The position numbers and the translations under genes were made by a program. Of a stretch of 64,000 nucleotides of DNA, positions 28,547-38,231 are shown one piece after another (the stretch's first letter is position 1; each line of letters begins with the position of its first letter). Below the pieces are notes generated by a model. That model worked only from the letters and a program-made list of their open reading frames with translations, had not been told where the DNA came from and ran no database searches. Source of the DNA: a virus; IMG/VR virus record IMGVR_UViG_3300031963_000016, positions 64,001 to 128,000 of that record, one strand, 5' to 3'.

Positions 28547-31500
28547 ATGGCAAATAAAGTTTTATTAAAACGATCAGCGACATCAGGAGCGGGAGGAATT
28601 CCCTCAACATCTGCGCTAGATTATGGTGAACTTGCTTTAAACTATGCCGATGGTAAACTTTATTATAAAACATCATCAAATACCATTAAAAGTTTTACAG
28701 AAGACAGTTCTGTAGTAACTTTAACTGGCACACAAACTCTTTCCAATAAAACCTTAACATCTCCTACTATTAATAGTGCTACAGCGAATAATCTAACGCT
28801 GACTGGTACTTTAACTGCTGGTGGTGGAACAGGCACAAACGGACAAGTTCTTTCTTCTACTGGAACAGGAGTTCAATGGATTTCTGTTTCTGGTACAGGA
28901 ACTGTAACTTCTATTACTGCTGGTACAGGACTTACTGGTGGAACAATTACTAGTTCTGGTACTATTGCTATTGATTCTACAGTTGCTACTTTAACTGGTA
29001 CACAAACATTAACTAATAAAACCATTAATCTAACTAGTAACACTCTGGTAGCAACTTCTGCGCAAATCGCTGCAGCAGTTACAGACGAAACTGGTTCAGG
29101 TTCTTTAGTATTTGCAACTAGTCCAACTCTTGTAACACCAAATATTGGTGCGGCAACTGGTACATCGTTAACAACAATTGGTGCATCTGGTGTCTTAGCA
29201 AGAACAGCAGCAACCCAAGACGGTATTGAAATTCGTGGTCGTGCTGGTGGAACAGGAAATTGGGAAGTTATTTTAACTCCAGGAACTTTAACTGCAGATA
29301 GAACATTCACATTCCCAGATGTTAGCACAACAGTAGTTGGTACAGATTCTACTCAAACCTTAACAAATAAAACTCTTTCCTCACCAACATTATCTGGCGT
29401 AACTACACTAGATGAAATACGTTATTCAAATTCTTTTACGCAAAGAATTAATAGACATTACTCGTTTGCTGCAAATACACAATATTTAAATACAAATGAG
29501 TATCAAAAAATATTCCAAGTAATCCCAGCTAGTAGTTCAAATAATTATTCCATTTATGGAAAAATTTATATTCAAACTGGTGATCTTACGCAGATTATTG
29601 ACATTCAATGTAATTTAAGATCTAATACTTTACCAAGTTTAGCTTGGGAAGTTTATTATGATGAAGATTTAAATGGTATGTCAACCCCATTTGTAAATCC
29701 AGTTTTATGGACTAAACAAACTACTACAGCTGGATTTATATTTGCCATTAAAGGATTAACTACTGGAATCCAAATGGCAACTGTAGATTTAATTGTAGTT
29801 AACAGAGCATCATCTTACTATAATACAGTTACACTATTTGGTTCTGAAGGTGAAGTTACAACTATTGATTCTGGTTATACTGAAAATAGTTTTACTTTAA
29901 GAAATAGAAGAATACAAAATACTTCTACAGATATAGCAGCAGGTTCTTTAACTGTTGGTGGTGTTGCTGTTCCAACTATTAGTAGTACTAGTACTTTAAC
30001 AAACAAAACATTTACTGACAGTACTACACTATTCCAAGACGAAACAGATAACTCTAAAAAATTACAGTTTCAATTATCTGGTATTGCTACTGCCACAACC
30101 AGAACATTAACTATTCCTAATGCATCTGGAACAATTGCATTAACTAGTGATATACCTGCAGACACAAATACTACATATAGTATTTCTGCAGAAACAACTA
30201 CTGGTGGTGCTGATTTAAGACTTACAGGATCAGATTCTACAACAGATAATGTTAAAATTGCTGGTGGAACAAATGTAACAGTTACTAGAACAGACGCTAA
30301 TACTATTACAATTTCTGCCGATGATACTTCTGTTGACTGGTCTGAGATACAAAATAAACCTGATCCAGTTATTACTTTAGCTGGTGATTTGACTGGTTCT
30401 GTAACTCTAACAGATTTAACTAGTGGTACATTAACTGCTACAATTGCTGCAAATTCTGTAGCTCTTGGTACAGATACTACTGGAAATTATGTAGGATCTA
30501 TTGCAGATGGTTCACCAGGAGCACAAACTGGTACATCTGGTCTTACAATAAGTGCTGTAGCAGGAGAGAACACCTCTGCTACGATTGCTCATGCTGACAC
30601 ATCTTCTGTTAGCAATTTAAGTTCAGATAATTCAAATGGTATTGTACTACAAGACATATCATTTACATTTGATGGATTTGGCCACGTAACTGCTGCTTCT
30701 GTAATAACTACAGATCTTGATAGTCGTTATGTAAATACTTCTGGTGATACCATGACAGGGTTCTTAACTCTTCATGCTGATCCAAGCAGTTCACTTCATG
30801 CAGCAACTAAACAGTATGTTGATAATGTTGCACAAGGTTTACATACACATGCTCCTTGTGCTGCTGCAACAACAGCAACTCTAACATCAATTACTGGTGG
30901 CACGATAACTTATTCTAATGGTACTGCTGGTGTCGGAGCGACATTAACAGTTTCAGGTGGAACCTTTGGAACTATTGATGGTGTTAATATTGCAACTGTT
31001 GGAACTCGTATTCTTGTTAAAAACGAAGCAGCCGCAGCAAACAATGGTATCTATACCTATACAAATTCAACAACATTAACACGTGCAACAGATTTTGACA
31101 CACCAACAGAGATGGCTGGTGGTGATTTTACTTTTGTACAGCAAGGTACATTATATAACGATACTGGCTGGGTGATGTCTGATCCTGTTACAACTGTTGG
31201 TACAACAGCTGTAAATTTTGTACAGTTTTCTGGTGCTGGCACTTATACCGCTGGGAGTGGTTTAACATTAAATGGAACAGAGTTTAGTCATACGGATACA
31301 TCTTCTGTTGCATCTTTAACTGCAAGTTCAAGAACTTATGTTTCTGGTTTAACATTTGATACATTTGGTCACGTAACAGGAATCACAACTAATACAGAAA
31401 CAGTAACAGATACTAACACAACTTATACATTAGATGGTTCTGGAACAACAAATTCTGTTAACATTGAATTAGTAGCTGGTGGTTCTGGTTCAGGAACGGA

Positions 31501-32596
31501 CACTATAAACGTAATAGGATCTGGTGCTACTACTGTTTCTTGGGATGAGGGTAATCAAAGAATTACGATCTCATCTACAGATACGAATACAACTTATTCT
31601 GCAGCAACATCAACTACACTAGGTTTAATAGAATTATTCTCTGACACGCAACAATCTGTAGCTGCTAATGCAGTAAGTGCTACTGCTTCAAGAACATATG
31701 GTCTTCAGATTAATGCTAGTGGTCAAGGTGTTATTAACGTACCTTGGACAGATACAACTTATTCTGCTGCAACTAGCACTACATTAGGACTTATCGAATT
31801 ATTCTCTGACACGCAACAATCTGTAGCTGCTAACTCTGTTACATCTACAGCAAGTCGAACTTATGGATTACAAGTAAATGCTGCTGGTCAAGGTGTTATT
31901 AACGTACCTTGGACAGATACAACTTATTCTCTTGCAACTAGCACTGTTCCAGGTTTAGTAGAACTTGGTTCTGATACTGTACAAACTGTGGCAGCAAATG
32001 CAGTAACCTCAACAGCATCTAGATCATATGCAGTTCAGTTAAATGCATTTGGTCAAATGCTTGTTAATATACCTTGGACTGATACTGATACAAATACTAC
32101 ATATAGTATTTCTGCTGAAACTGTTGCTGGTGGTGCTAATTTAAGACTTACTGGTTCAGATGCTTCTACAGACAACGTAACTCTAGCAGCTGGAAGTAAT
32201 ATAACTATTACTAGAACAGACGCTAATACTATTACAATTGCTTCTACTGGTGGTGGTGGCGGATCATGGAGTGTTAAAACATCTAACTATACTGCTGCTA
32301 GCGGAGATCAGTTATTAGCAAATACATCTGGTGGTTCATTCACAATCACTCTACCAGCAACTCCATCAGCTGGTAATTCTGTTGTTATTGCAGATGGTAA
32401 TAATTGGCAAACTAATAACTTAACAGTTGCACGAAATGGTTCAACAATTAAGGGATTATCAGAAGATTTAATTTTAAATATTGCAGGAGTTAAGGTAGAT
32501 TTTGTTTATAGCGGTAGCACATGGTGTGTATTCGCTTTTGCTAGTGGTGGTGAAGATCCTCTTGCTGCTGCTCTTGCTATAGGAGATGAACTATAA
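28547..32596 (+). CDS. Long tail fibre protein B
   Basis: KVLLKRS...LDYGELALNYADGKLYYK N-terminus, TQTLTNKT repeats, internal tandem repeats, C-terminal GDQLLANTSGGSFTITLPATP domain. Confidence 0.8.
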   Translation: MANKVLLKRSATSGAGGIPSTSALDYGELALNYADGKLYYKTSSNTIKSFTEDSSVVTLTGTQTLSNKTLTSPTINSATANNLTLTGTLTAGGGTGTNGQVLSSTGTGVQWISVSGTGTVTSITAGTGLTGGTITSSGTIAIDSTVATLTGTQTLTNKTINLTSNTLVATSAQIAAAVTDETGSGSLVFATSPTLVTPNIGAATGTSLTTIGASGVLARTAATQDGIEIRGRAGGTGNWEVILTPGTLTADRTFTFPDVSTTVVGTDSTQTLTNKTLSSPTLSGVTTLDEIRYSNSFTQRINRHYSFAANTQYLNTNEYQKIFQVIPASSSNNYSIYGKIYIQTGDLTQIIDIQCNLRSNTLPSLAWEVYYDEDLNGMSTPFVNPVLWTKQTTTAGFIFAIKGLTTGIQMATVDLIVVNRASSYYNTVTLFGSEGEVTTIDSGYTENSFTLRNRRIQNTSTDIAAGSLTVGGVAVPTISSTSTLTNKTFTDSTTLFQDETDNSKKLQFQLSGIATATTRTLTIPNASGTIALTSDIPADTNTTYSISAETTTGGADLRLTGSDSTTDNVKIAGGTNVTVTRTDANTITISADDTSVDWSEIQNKPDPVITLAGDLTGSVTLTDLTSGTLTATIAANSVALGTDTTGNYVGSIADGSPGAQTGTSGLTISAVAGENTSATIAHADTSSVSNLSSDNSNGIVLQDISFTFDGFGHVTAASVITTDLDSRYVNTSGDTMTGFLTLHADPSSSLHAATKQYVDNVAQGLHTHAPCAAATTATLTSITGGTITYSNGTAGVGATLTVSGGTFGTIDGVNIATVGTRILVKNEAAAANNGIYTYTNSTTLTRATDFDTPTEMAGGDFTFVQQGTLYNDTGWVMSDPVTTVGTTAVNFVQFSGAGTYTAGSGLTLNGTEFSHTDTSSVASLTASSRTYVSGLTFDTFGHVTGITTNTETVTDTNTTYTLDGSGTTNSVNIELVAGGSGSGTDTINVIGSGATTVSWDEGNQRITISSTDTNTTYSAATSTTLGLIELFSDTQQSVAANAVSATASRTYGLQINASGQGVINVPWTDTTYSAATSTTLGLIELFSDTQQSVAANSVTSTASRTYGLQVNAAGQGVINVPWTDTTYSLATSTVPGLVELGSDTVQTVAANAVTSTASRSYAVQLNAFGQMLVNIPWTDTDTNTTYSISAETVAGGANLRLTGSDASTDNVTLAAGSNITITRTDANTITIASTGGGGGSWSVKTSNYTAASGDQLLANTSGGSFTITLPATPSAGNSVVIADGNNWQTNNLTVARNGSTIKGLSEDLILNIAGVKVDFVYSGSTWCVFAFASGGEDPLAAALAIGDEL
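31590..32085 (+). repeat. Three tandem 165-bp (55-aa) repeats in fibre B
   Basis: Unit TTYSAATSTTLGLIELFSDTQQSVAAN...VINVPWTD; GAATTATTCTCTGACACGCAACAATCTGTAGCTGCTAA at 31631 and 31796. Confidence 0.9.
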
Positions 32597-33102
32597 TGGC
32601 ATTATTAAGTGATATTTTAGCAGCCTCTACTGTTAGAGGTGAAAGAGGACCAACTGCTACTGTTTCTGTAGGTACAGTTACAACAGGAGCAGCTGGAAGT
32701 AATGCGGCAGTAGTTAATGCTGGTACAACTGGAGAAGCAATTCTTAATTTCACTATACCAACAGGAGCAGCTGGACCGACTGGACCAACTGGACCAACTG
32801 GTCCAGCGCAAACTAATATACCAGTTAGTACAAATACTACTGTAGTTTCAGGAGATAAAGGAAAGTTCTTAGATGTATCTGCGGGTGTTACTATTAATGC
32901 TTCAACCAATTTTGTTGCTGGAGATGTTGTTACAATATACAATGATTCTGCGGCTAATATTACAATAACTGCCACTGCTGTTACACTAAGATTAGCAGGA
33001 ACTGCAACTACTGGGAATAGAACACTTGCACAAAGAGGAATAGCTACTCTTCTTTGTGTAGCATCTAACGAATATGTTATAGCAGGAGCTGGATTAACTT
33101 AA
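32596..33102 (+). CDS. Fibre protein with short collagen-like segment
   Basis: GPTATVSVGTVTTG...LNFTIPTG, GPTGPTGPTGPA, C-terminal RTLAQRGIATLLCV domain. Confidence 0.7.
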   Translation: MALLSDILAASTVRGERGPTATVSVGTVTTGAAGSNAAVVNAGTTGEAILNFTIPTGAAGPTGPTGPTGPAQTNIPVSTNTTVVSGDKGKFLDVSAGVTINASTNFVAGDVVTIYNDSAANITITATAVTLRLAGTATTGNRTLAQRGIATLLCVASNEYVIAGAGLT

Positions 33103-33103
33103 C

Positions 33104-33928
33104 ATGGCATTACATCAATTATTTTATATGCTTAGTTTTCCAGCAGGTCAACAGTTATATGATACTGTTGGCACAACAACTTTTGTTGTACCAGATCAAG
33201 TTTCATTTATCTCAGTTGTATGTGTTGGCGGTGGCGGTTCTGGAAAAAGTGGAAGAAACTCTCCTGGCGGTGGCGGTGGAGCACTTTCTTATGTAAATAA
33301 TATTCCAGTTACAGCTGGAGAATCATTAACTGTTGTAGTCGGTGCTGGCGGATCAGCTAACGGAGCTGGAGGATTATCAAGTTTATCTAGAGGTGGCACA
33401 GTATTATGCTCTGCTAATGGTGGTCAATCAGGTAATGGTAACCGAGCTGGTGGAACTGTTGGTGTTGGCACTGGGTTTGCTGGTGGTCAAGGTGGCAATG
33501 AAAACGCTGGCGGATCTTCTGGTGGTGGCGGTGGCGCAGGTGGATATAGTGCAGCTGGTGGTGCTGGTGGAACTGCTGCAGCTGTAGGTATAGCAAGCAC
33601 TGGTGGCGGTGGCGGTGGCGGTGGCGGTGGTATTAATAACTCTGGTGGTGGCGGTGGCGGTGTTGGATTGCTGGGAGCAGGTTCAAACGGAACTGGAGGT
33701 ACTGCTGACTCTACAACAACTTCTGGTGGTGGCGGTGGTTCTGGAGGTACTGCAGGTTCTCCAGGAATTTTTGCTGCTGGTGCTGGTGGTGCAGGTGGTG
33801 TATATGGTGGCGGTGGTGGTGGGGCTGGCGATACTGGCGGTGCAAGTGGAGTTGGTGGAAAAGGTGGAGTACGTATTATTTGGGGTACTAATAGAGCATT
33901 CCCATCAACAAACACTGGCAATGTATAA
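33104..33928 (+). CDS. Glycine-rich domain virion protein
   Basis: SVVCVGGGG, GGGGGALSYVNNIPVTAGESLTVVVGAGG, GGVRIIWG. Confidence 0.75.
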   Translation: MALHQLFYMLSFPAGQQLYDTVGTTTFVVPDQVSFISVVCVGGGGSGKSGRNSPGGGGGALSYVNNIPVTAGESLTVVVGAGGSANGAGGLSSLSRGGTVLCSANGGQSGNGNRAGGTVGVGTGFAGGQGGNENAGGSSGGGGGAGGYSAAGGAGGTAAAVGIASTGGGGGGGGGGINNSGGGGGGVGLLGAGSNGTGGTADSTTTSGGGGGSGGTAGSPGIFAAGAGGAGGVYGGGGGGAGDTGGASGVGGKGGVRIIWGTNRAFPSTNTGNV

Positions 33929-33934
33929 TAAATA
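33927..33934 (+). promoter_or_regulatory. Late promoter (AATAAATA)
   Basis: TAAATA core upstream of gp13. Confidence 0.55.
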
Positions 33935-33955
33935 ATAAAATAAAAGGATTTTTAA

Positions 33956-34915
33956 ATGGCTGTTGCAACTAGAGAACAATTAAAACAATATTGCCTACGT
34001 GCTTTAGGTGCACCTGTAGTTGAAATTAACGTAGATGATGATCAGCTAGAAGATCGTATCGATGAAGCATTAGAACATTGGAGAAAATACCATTACGATG
34101 GTATCGAGCAGATTTATATGAAAGCAGCAATTCGTGCTTCAGAAATCGTTCTAACAACTTCAGTTGCAGCTAATTATCAACTTTCTGAAACTATTACTGG
34201 TGCAACATCTGGCGCAAAAGCAACAGTAGTACGAGAAACTAATCGTTCTTCTGCTGGAACTTTATTGCTCGTAAAAAATATTGTAGGAACATTTACAGTT
34301 GGTGAAGTGGTTACTGGTTCTATTTCTGGACAAGTCGCTACAACATCATCTATTACTAAAAGAGAATATGACAACAAATATATTGAAGTTAGTGATTTAG
34401 TTTATGGTGTTACAAAAGTACTAAGTATTGGACAAGCATCTTCTTCAAAAAATATTTTTGATCTTCAATATCAATTACGTCTAAACGACTTATATGATCT
34501 AACATCTACATCATTAATTTACTACAAAACAGTAATGAGTCATTTAGCTCTGTTAGATCTAGAGTTAAATGGACACACATCTTTCCGTTTTAATCGTAGA
34601 ACAAATCGTGTTTATCTAGATATTAACTGGGAAACAGATATTCCTCTTGGAGATTATGTTATCGTTCAAGGATATCGTGCTCTTGATCCAAACGAATTTA
34701 CAAAAGTCTGGAATGAAGCATGGTTAAAACATTACGTTACTGCATTGTTTAAAAAACAATGGGCTACAAATATTAAAAAGTTTTCTGGTATCCAACTTCC
34801 AGGTGGCGTTACTCTTGATGGAGATAAACTATATGATGAAGCAACTACTGAACTTAAAGAGTTAGAAGATTCTCTTCAAAATAAATCTGCTCCATTAGAT
34901 TTTTTTATAGGTTAA
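33956..34915 (+). CDS. gp13: Neck protein gp13
   Basis: REQLKQYCLRALGAPVVEINVDDDQLEDRIDEAL, WLKHYVTALFKKQW, QLPGGVTLDG. Confidence 0.95.
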   Translation: MAVATREQLKQYCLRALGAPVVEINVDDDQLEDRIDEALEHWRKYHYDGIEQIYMKAAIRASEIVLTTSVAANYQLSETITGATSGAKATVVRETNRSSAGTLLLVKNIVGTFTVGEVVTGSISGQVATTSSITKREYDNKYIEVSDLVYGVTKVLSIGQASSSKNIFDLQYQLRLNDLYDLTSTSLIYYKTVMSHLALLDLELNGHTSFRFNRRTNRVYLDINWETDIPLGDYVIVQGYRALDPNEFTKVWNEAWLKHYVTALFKKQWATNIKKFSGIQLPGGVTLDGDKLYDEATTELKELEDSLQNKSAPLDFFIG

Positions 34916-34916
34916 T

Positions 34917-35831
34917 ATGCCAACTAATGTTTATTTTTCACATGGTACTAGAAATGAACAGTACCTTGTCGAAGACCTAATCATAGAATCTCTTAAGATC
35001 TATGGTCAGGAATTTTTCTACATTCCAAGAACATTAGTTTCTAAAGATAATATTCTGGGTGAAGATCGTTTATCAGAGTTTAAGTCCTCATTTCCAATCG
35101 AAATGTATTTTGAAAATGTAGATTCATTTGCAGGACAAGGTGCGTTTATTCAAAAGTTTGGTTTAATGGTGGAACAATCTGCAACTTTAGTTGTTGCAAG
35201 ACGTAGATGGGAACAGTTAGTCGGTAGATATGGACAAACAACAATTCCTACACGTCCAAATGAAGGCGATTTGATTTATTTTCCATTGTCTAAAGGATTG
35301 TTTGAAATTAAATTTGTAACACATCAAGATCCATTTTATCAACTTGGTAAATTGTATGTTTATAAACTTCAAGTTGAACTATTCCAGTATGCTTCTGAGA
35401 GAATTGATACAGGAATTAAAGAAGTTGATGCGTTTGAATCTCTTAAAACATTTAGTACTAACTCAACAAGAAATCCAACATCACGTGTTTTAAAGGTTAC
35501 AGTTACAAATCAGGGATCAGGTTATACTTCACCACCATCTGTAACATTTGTAAGTTCTACAGGATTTGGTGCTGCTGCAACAGCAGTTCTTGGTACTGGA
35601 ATTAGTGCAGGGAAGGTTGTTGCTATCAATGTAACTGAAGATGGACAACAATATCAAGCACCTCCTGTAGTGCAATTTAATGGTGGAGGTGGAAATGGGG
35701 CTACAGCTGTAGCTACATTAGAAATCGATATAGATAAAGTTGATTCATACGGAGATAATAATTCTTTTAAATCTGAAGCTACTGATATTCTTTTTAGTGA
35801 AAGTAATCCGTTTGGAGAGGTTGGTGAATAA
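34917..35831 (+). CDS. gp14: Neck protein gp14
   Basis: EQYLVEDLIIESLKIYG, FPIEMY, RPNEGDLIYFP, FSESNPFG. Confidence 0.95.
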   Translation: MPTNVYFSHGTRNEQYLVEDLIIESLKIYGQEFFYIPRTLVSKDNILGEDRLSEFKSSFPIEMYFENVDSFAGQGAFIQKFGLMVEQSATLVVARRRWEQLVGRYGQTTIPTRPNEGDLIYFPLSKGLFEIKFVTHQDPFYQLGKLYVYKLQVELFQYASERIDTGIKEVDAFESLKTFSTNSTRNPTSRVLKVTVTNQGSGYTSPPSVTFVSSTGFGAAATAVLGTGISAGKVVAINVTEDGQQYQAPPVVQFNGGGGNGATAVATLEIDIDKVDSYGDNNSFKSEATDILFSESNPFGEVGE

Positions 35832-36577
35832 TGCTTAATAATAATATTTTTTATCACGGCATTATTCGTAAAAGTATTGTTGCTTTTGGAAGATTATTCA
35901 GTGATATCTATATTGATCGTAAACAGGGTGATTCTGTAACAGGCACAACTGTACAAAGATTACAAATACCATTGGCTTATGCACCAAAAGAAAAATGGTT
36001 AGTTCGAATTGAACAAGATCCAGATTTAGCAAACAATACCTATGTTTCTTTACCAAGAATGTCGTTTGAGATTGTTGGATATAATTATGATTCCTCACGC
36101 AAACTAAATCGTATGCAACAAATTAAATGTGGTGAGGGTGAAAATACAATGGGGACAATGTATACTCCAGTTCCATATAATATCGACATAGCATTATATG
36201 TTTTAACCAAAACACAAGAAGATGCATTACAAATAATTGAACAAATACTACCAACATTTACTCCAGATTATACTTTAACTATTAATGCAATACCAGATAT
36301 GAATGTTAAATTAGATGTTCCTATCATATTAAATAGTGTTGCTGCTTCTGATGAATATGATGGAGATTTTCAAACTCGTAGATTTGTAACACATACATTA
36401 AATTTTACAATGAAAACAAATCTATTTGGTGCTATATCTAATAAGAAAGTTATTCAAGAAGTTTATGCTAATGTTGGACAAAATGAAGATTTTACTAATC
36501 CAAACAGAATTTATACTGCTGAGGGAGATTTAACTACTTCTACAGTTAGTTCTGAAAGTTGGGAAGACAATTTTTAA
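35831..36577 (+). CDS. gp15: Tail sheath stabiliser/terminator gp15
   Basis: FYHGIIRKSIVAFGRLF, IPLAYAPKEKWL, LPRMSFEI, QIIEQILPTFTP. Confidence 0.95.
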   Translation: MLNNNIFYHGIIRKSIVAFGRLFSDIYIDRKQGDSVTGTTVQRLQIPLAYAPKEKWLVRIEQDPDLANNTYVSLPRMSFEIVGYNYDSSRKLNRMQQIKCGEGENTMGTMYTPVPYNIDIALYVLTKTQEDALQIIEQILPTFTPDYTLTINAIPDMNVKLDVPIILNSVAASDEYDGDFQTRRFVTHTLNFTMKTNLFGAISNKKVIQEVYANVGQNEDFTNPNRIYTAEGDLTTSTVSSESWEDNF

Positions 36578-36579
36578 AT

Positions 36580-38157
36580 ATGGCAGAAATTTATAATGCT
36601 AATGCGAATTTAAAAGCAGCTGGCGTCACAGTAGAGTTTACTCCTGATAACATCCAGGAATATATTAAATGCTCGCAAGATCCAATTTATTTCATTGAAA
36701 ACTATTGCCATATTGTAACTCTAGACAATGGTTTACAGTTGTTTAAATTGTATGATTGTCAAAAGAAAAAGATTGATGTGATCCATAGTAATCGTCGTGT
36801 GATTCTTATGGAAGGTCGTCAGCAAGGTAAGACTACTACATCTGCTGCATATATTCTTTGGTATACTTTATTTCAGCCAAATAAAACTGTAGCGATTTTA
36901 GCTAATAAAGCAACTTCTGCTCGTGAGGTTCTAGATCGTTTACAAACAATGTATGAGTTATTGCCTAAATGGATGCAACAAGGTGTTATAGGTTGGAATA
37001 AGGGTGACATCGAACTAGAAAATGGTTCAAAAGTATTTACTGCAGCAACAGGAAAATCTGGTATTCGTGGACGATCTGTAAACTTATTATATGTTGATGA
37101 GGCAGCAATTATTCCAAATAATATTGCTGAAGAGTTTTTTACTTCTGTCTATCCAACTATTTCTGCTGGTCAAACAACTAAGATTCTACTTTCATCTACA
37201 CCATTAGGTTATAATCATTTCTGGAAGTTTTGGAATGATGCTGAAAATGGTCGTAATGGATTTGTTCCGTTATTCATACCGTACTGGGAAATTCCTGGTC
37301 GTGATGAAGCATGGGCACTTGAACAAAAGGCTATGCTCGGTGAGTTAAAATATAATCAAGAGGTTCTTTGTAACTTCTTAGGTTCTAGTTTAACTCTAAT
37401 TAACTCTGATGTGATAGCAAAAATGTCTGTTGCAAATAGAGTTTTCACAAAAGATGGTCTAGACGTTTATGTTGAACCACAAGTGGGTCATACATATTGT
37501 TTAGTAGCCGATGTAGCAAAAGGAGTTGGTGGAGATTACTCCGCATTCCAAGTAATTGATATCACAGAAACTCCTTACAAACTTGTAGCAAAATATAGAA
37601 ATAATGAGATCAGTCCCCTATTATATCCAAATATTATTTACAAAGTAGGTAAAGACTATAATAATGCTTGGGTTTTATTAGAAATTAACATTTCTGAACA
37701 AGTAGCCCATATCCTTTATTCGGAAATGGAATATGAAAATATACTATTTGTAACTCGTCATACACTAGGGCAGACTGTTTCGGGTGGTTTTGGAGGTGGT
37801 AAAACTCAACTTGGAGTCAATACCGATAAAAAAATTAAACGAATAGGATGTCATAATTTTAAAGCACTCGTTGAAGAAAATAAACTTCTTATAAACGATG
37901 CGGATACAATTTCTGAGATCTCTACTTTTATTGAAAAGAAGGGGTCTTATGAAGCAGACGAAGGCTATCACGACGACTTAGTCATGCCTTTGGTTTTGTT
38001 CGGTTGGCTAACTACCAACTCTTATTTTAAAGACCTAAATAATGTAAATCTAAGAGAAGTTATGTATAAAAAACAAATGCAGGCGATTGAGGAAGAATTA
38101 ACTCCGTTTGGTTTTTATGACGATGGTGGTCCAGAAAAACCTCCGCTAAACTTCTAG
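36580..38157 (+). CDS. gp17: Terminase large subunit gp17
   Basis: Start reassigned to ATG 36580. DPIYFIENY, RQQGKTT (Walker A), LLYVDEAA (Walker B), ADVAKGVGGDYSAF, HDDLVM. Confidence 0.97.
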   Translation: MAEIYNANANLKAAGVTVEFTPDNIQEYIKCSQDPIYFIENYCHIVTLDNGLQLFKLYDCQKKKIDVIHSNRRVILMEGRQQGKTTTSAAYILWYTLFQPNKTVAILANKATSAREVLDRLQTMYELLPKWMQQGVIGWNKGDIELENGSKVFTAATGKSGIRGRSVNLLYVDEAAIIPNNIAEEFFTSVYPTISAGQTTKILLSSTPLGYNHFWKFWNDAENGRNGFVPLFIPYWEIPGRDEAWALEQKAMLGELKYNQEVLCNFLGSSLTLINSDVIAKMSVANRVFTKDGLDVYVEPQVGHTYCLVADVAKGVGGDYSAFQVIDITETPYKLVAKYRNNEISPLLYPNIIYKVGKDYNNAWVLLEINISEQVAHILYSEMEYENILFVTRHTLGQTVSGGFGGGKTQLGVNTDKKIKRIGCHNFKALVEENKLLINDADTISEISTFIEKKGSYEADEGYHDDLVMPLVLFGWLTTNSYFKDLNNVNLREVMYKKQMQAIEEELTPFGFYDDGGPEKPPLNF

Positions 38158-38170
38158 AAATCGTGCAAAA

Positions 38171-38178
38171 ACTAAATA
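38171..38178 (+). promoter_or_regulatory. Late promoter (ACTAAATA)
   Basis: TAAATA core upstream of gp18. Confidence 0.7.
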
Positions 38179-38231
38179 AAATGTAGACATAAAGTTGTCT
38201 AAAGGTAAACTTATTAACAAGGAGAATTACA

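Noticed and set aside
28485-28679. 64-aa ORF overlapping the leader of fibre B
   Set aside because: It overlaps the real gene out of frame and has no recognisable content.
31590-32085. CRISPR-like array from regularly spaced repeats
   Set aside because: The repeats are in-frame coding units of a fibre gene with homologous intervening sequence, not unique spacers.
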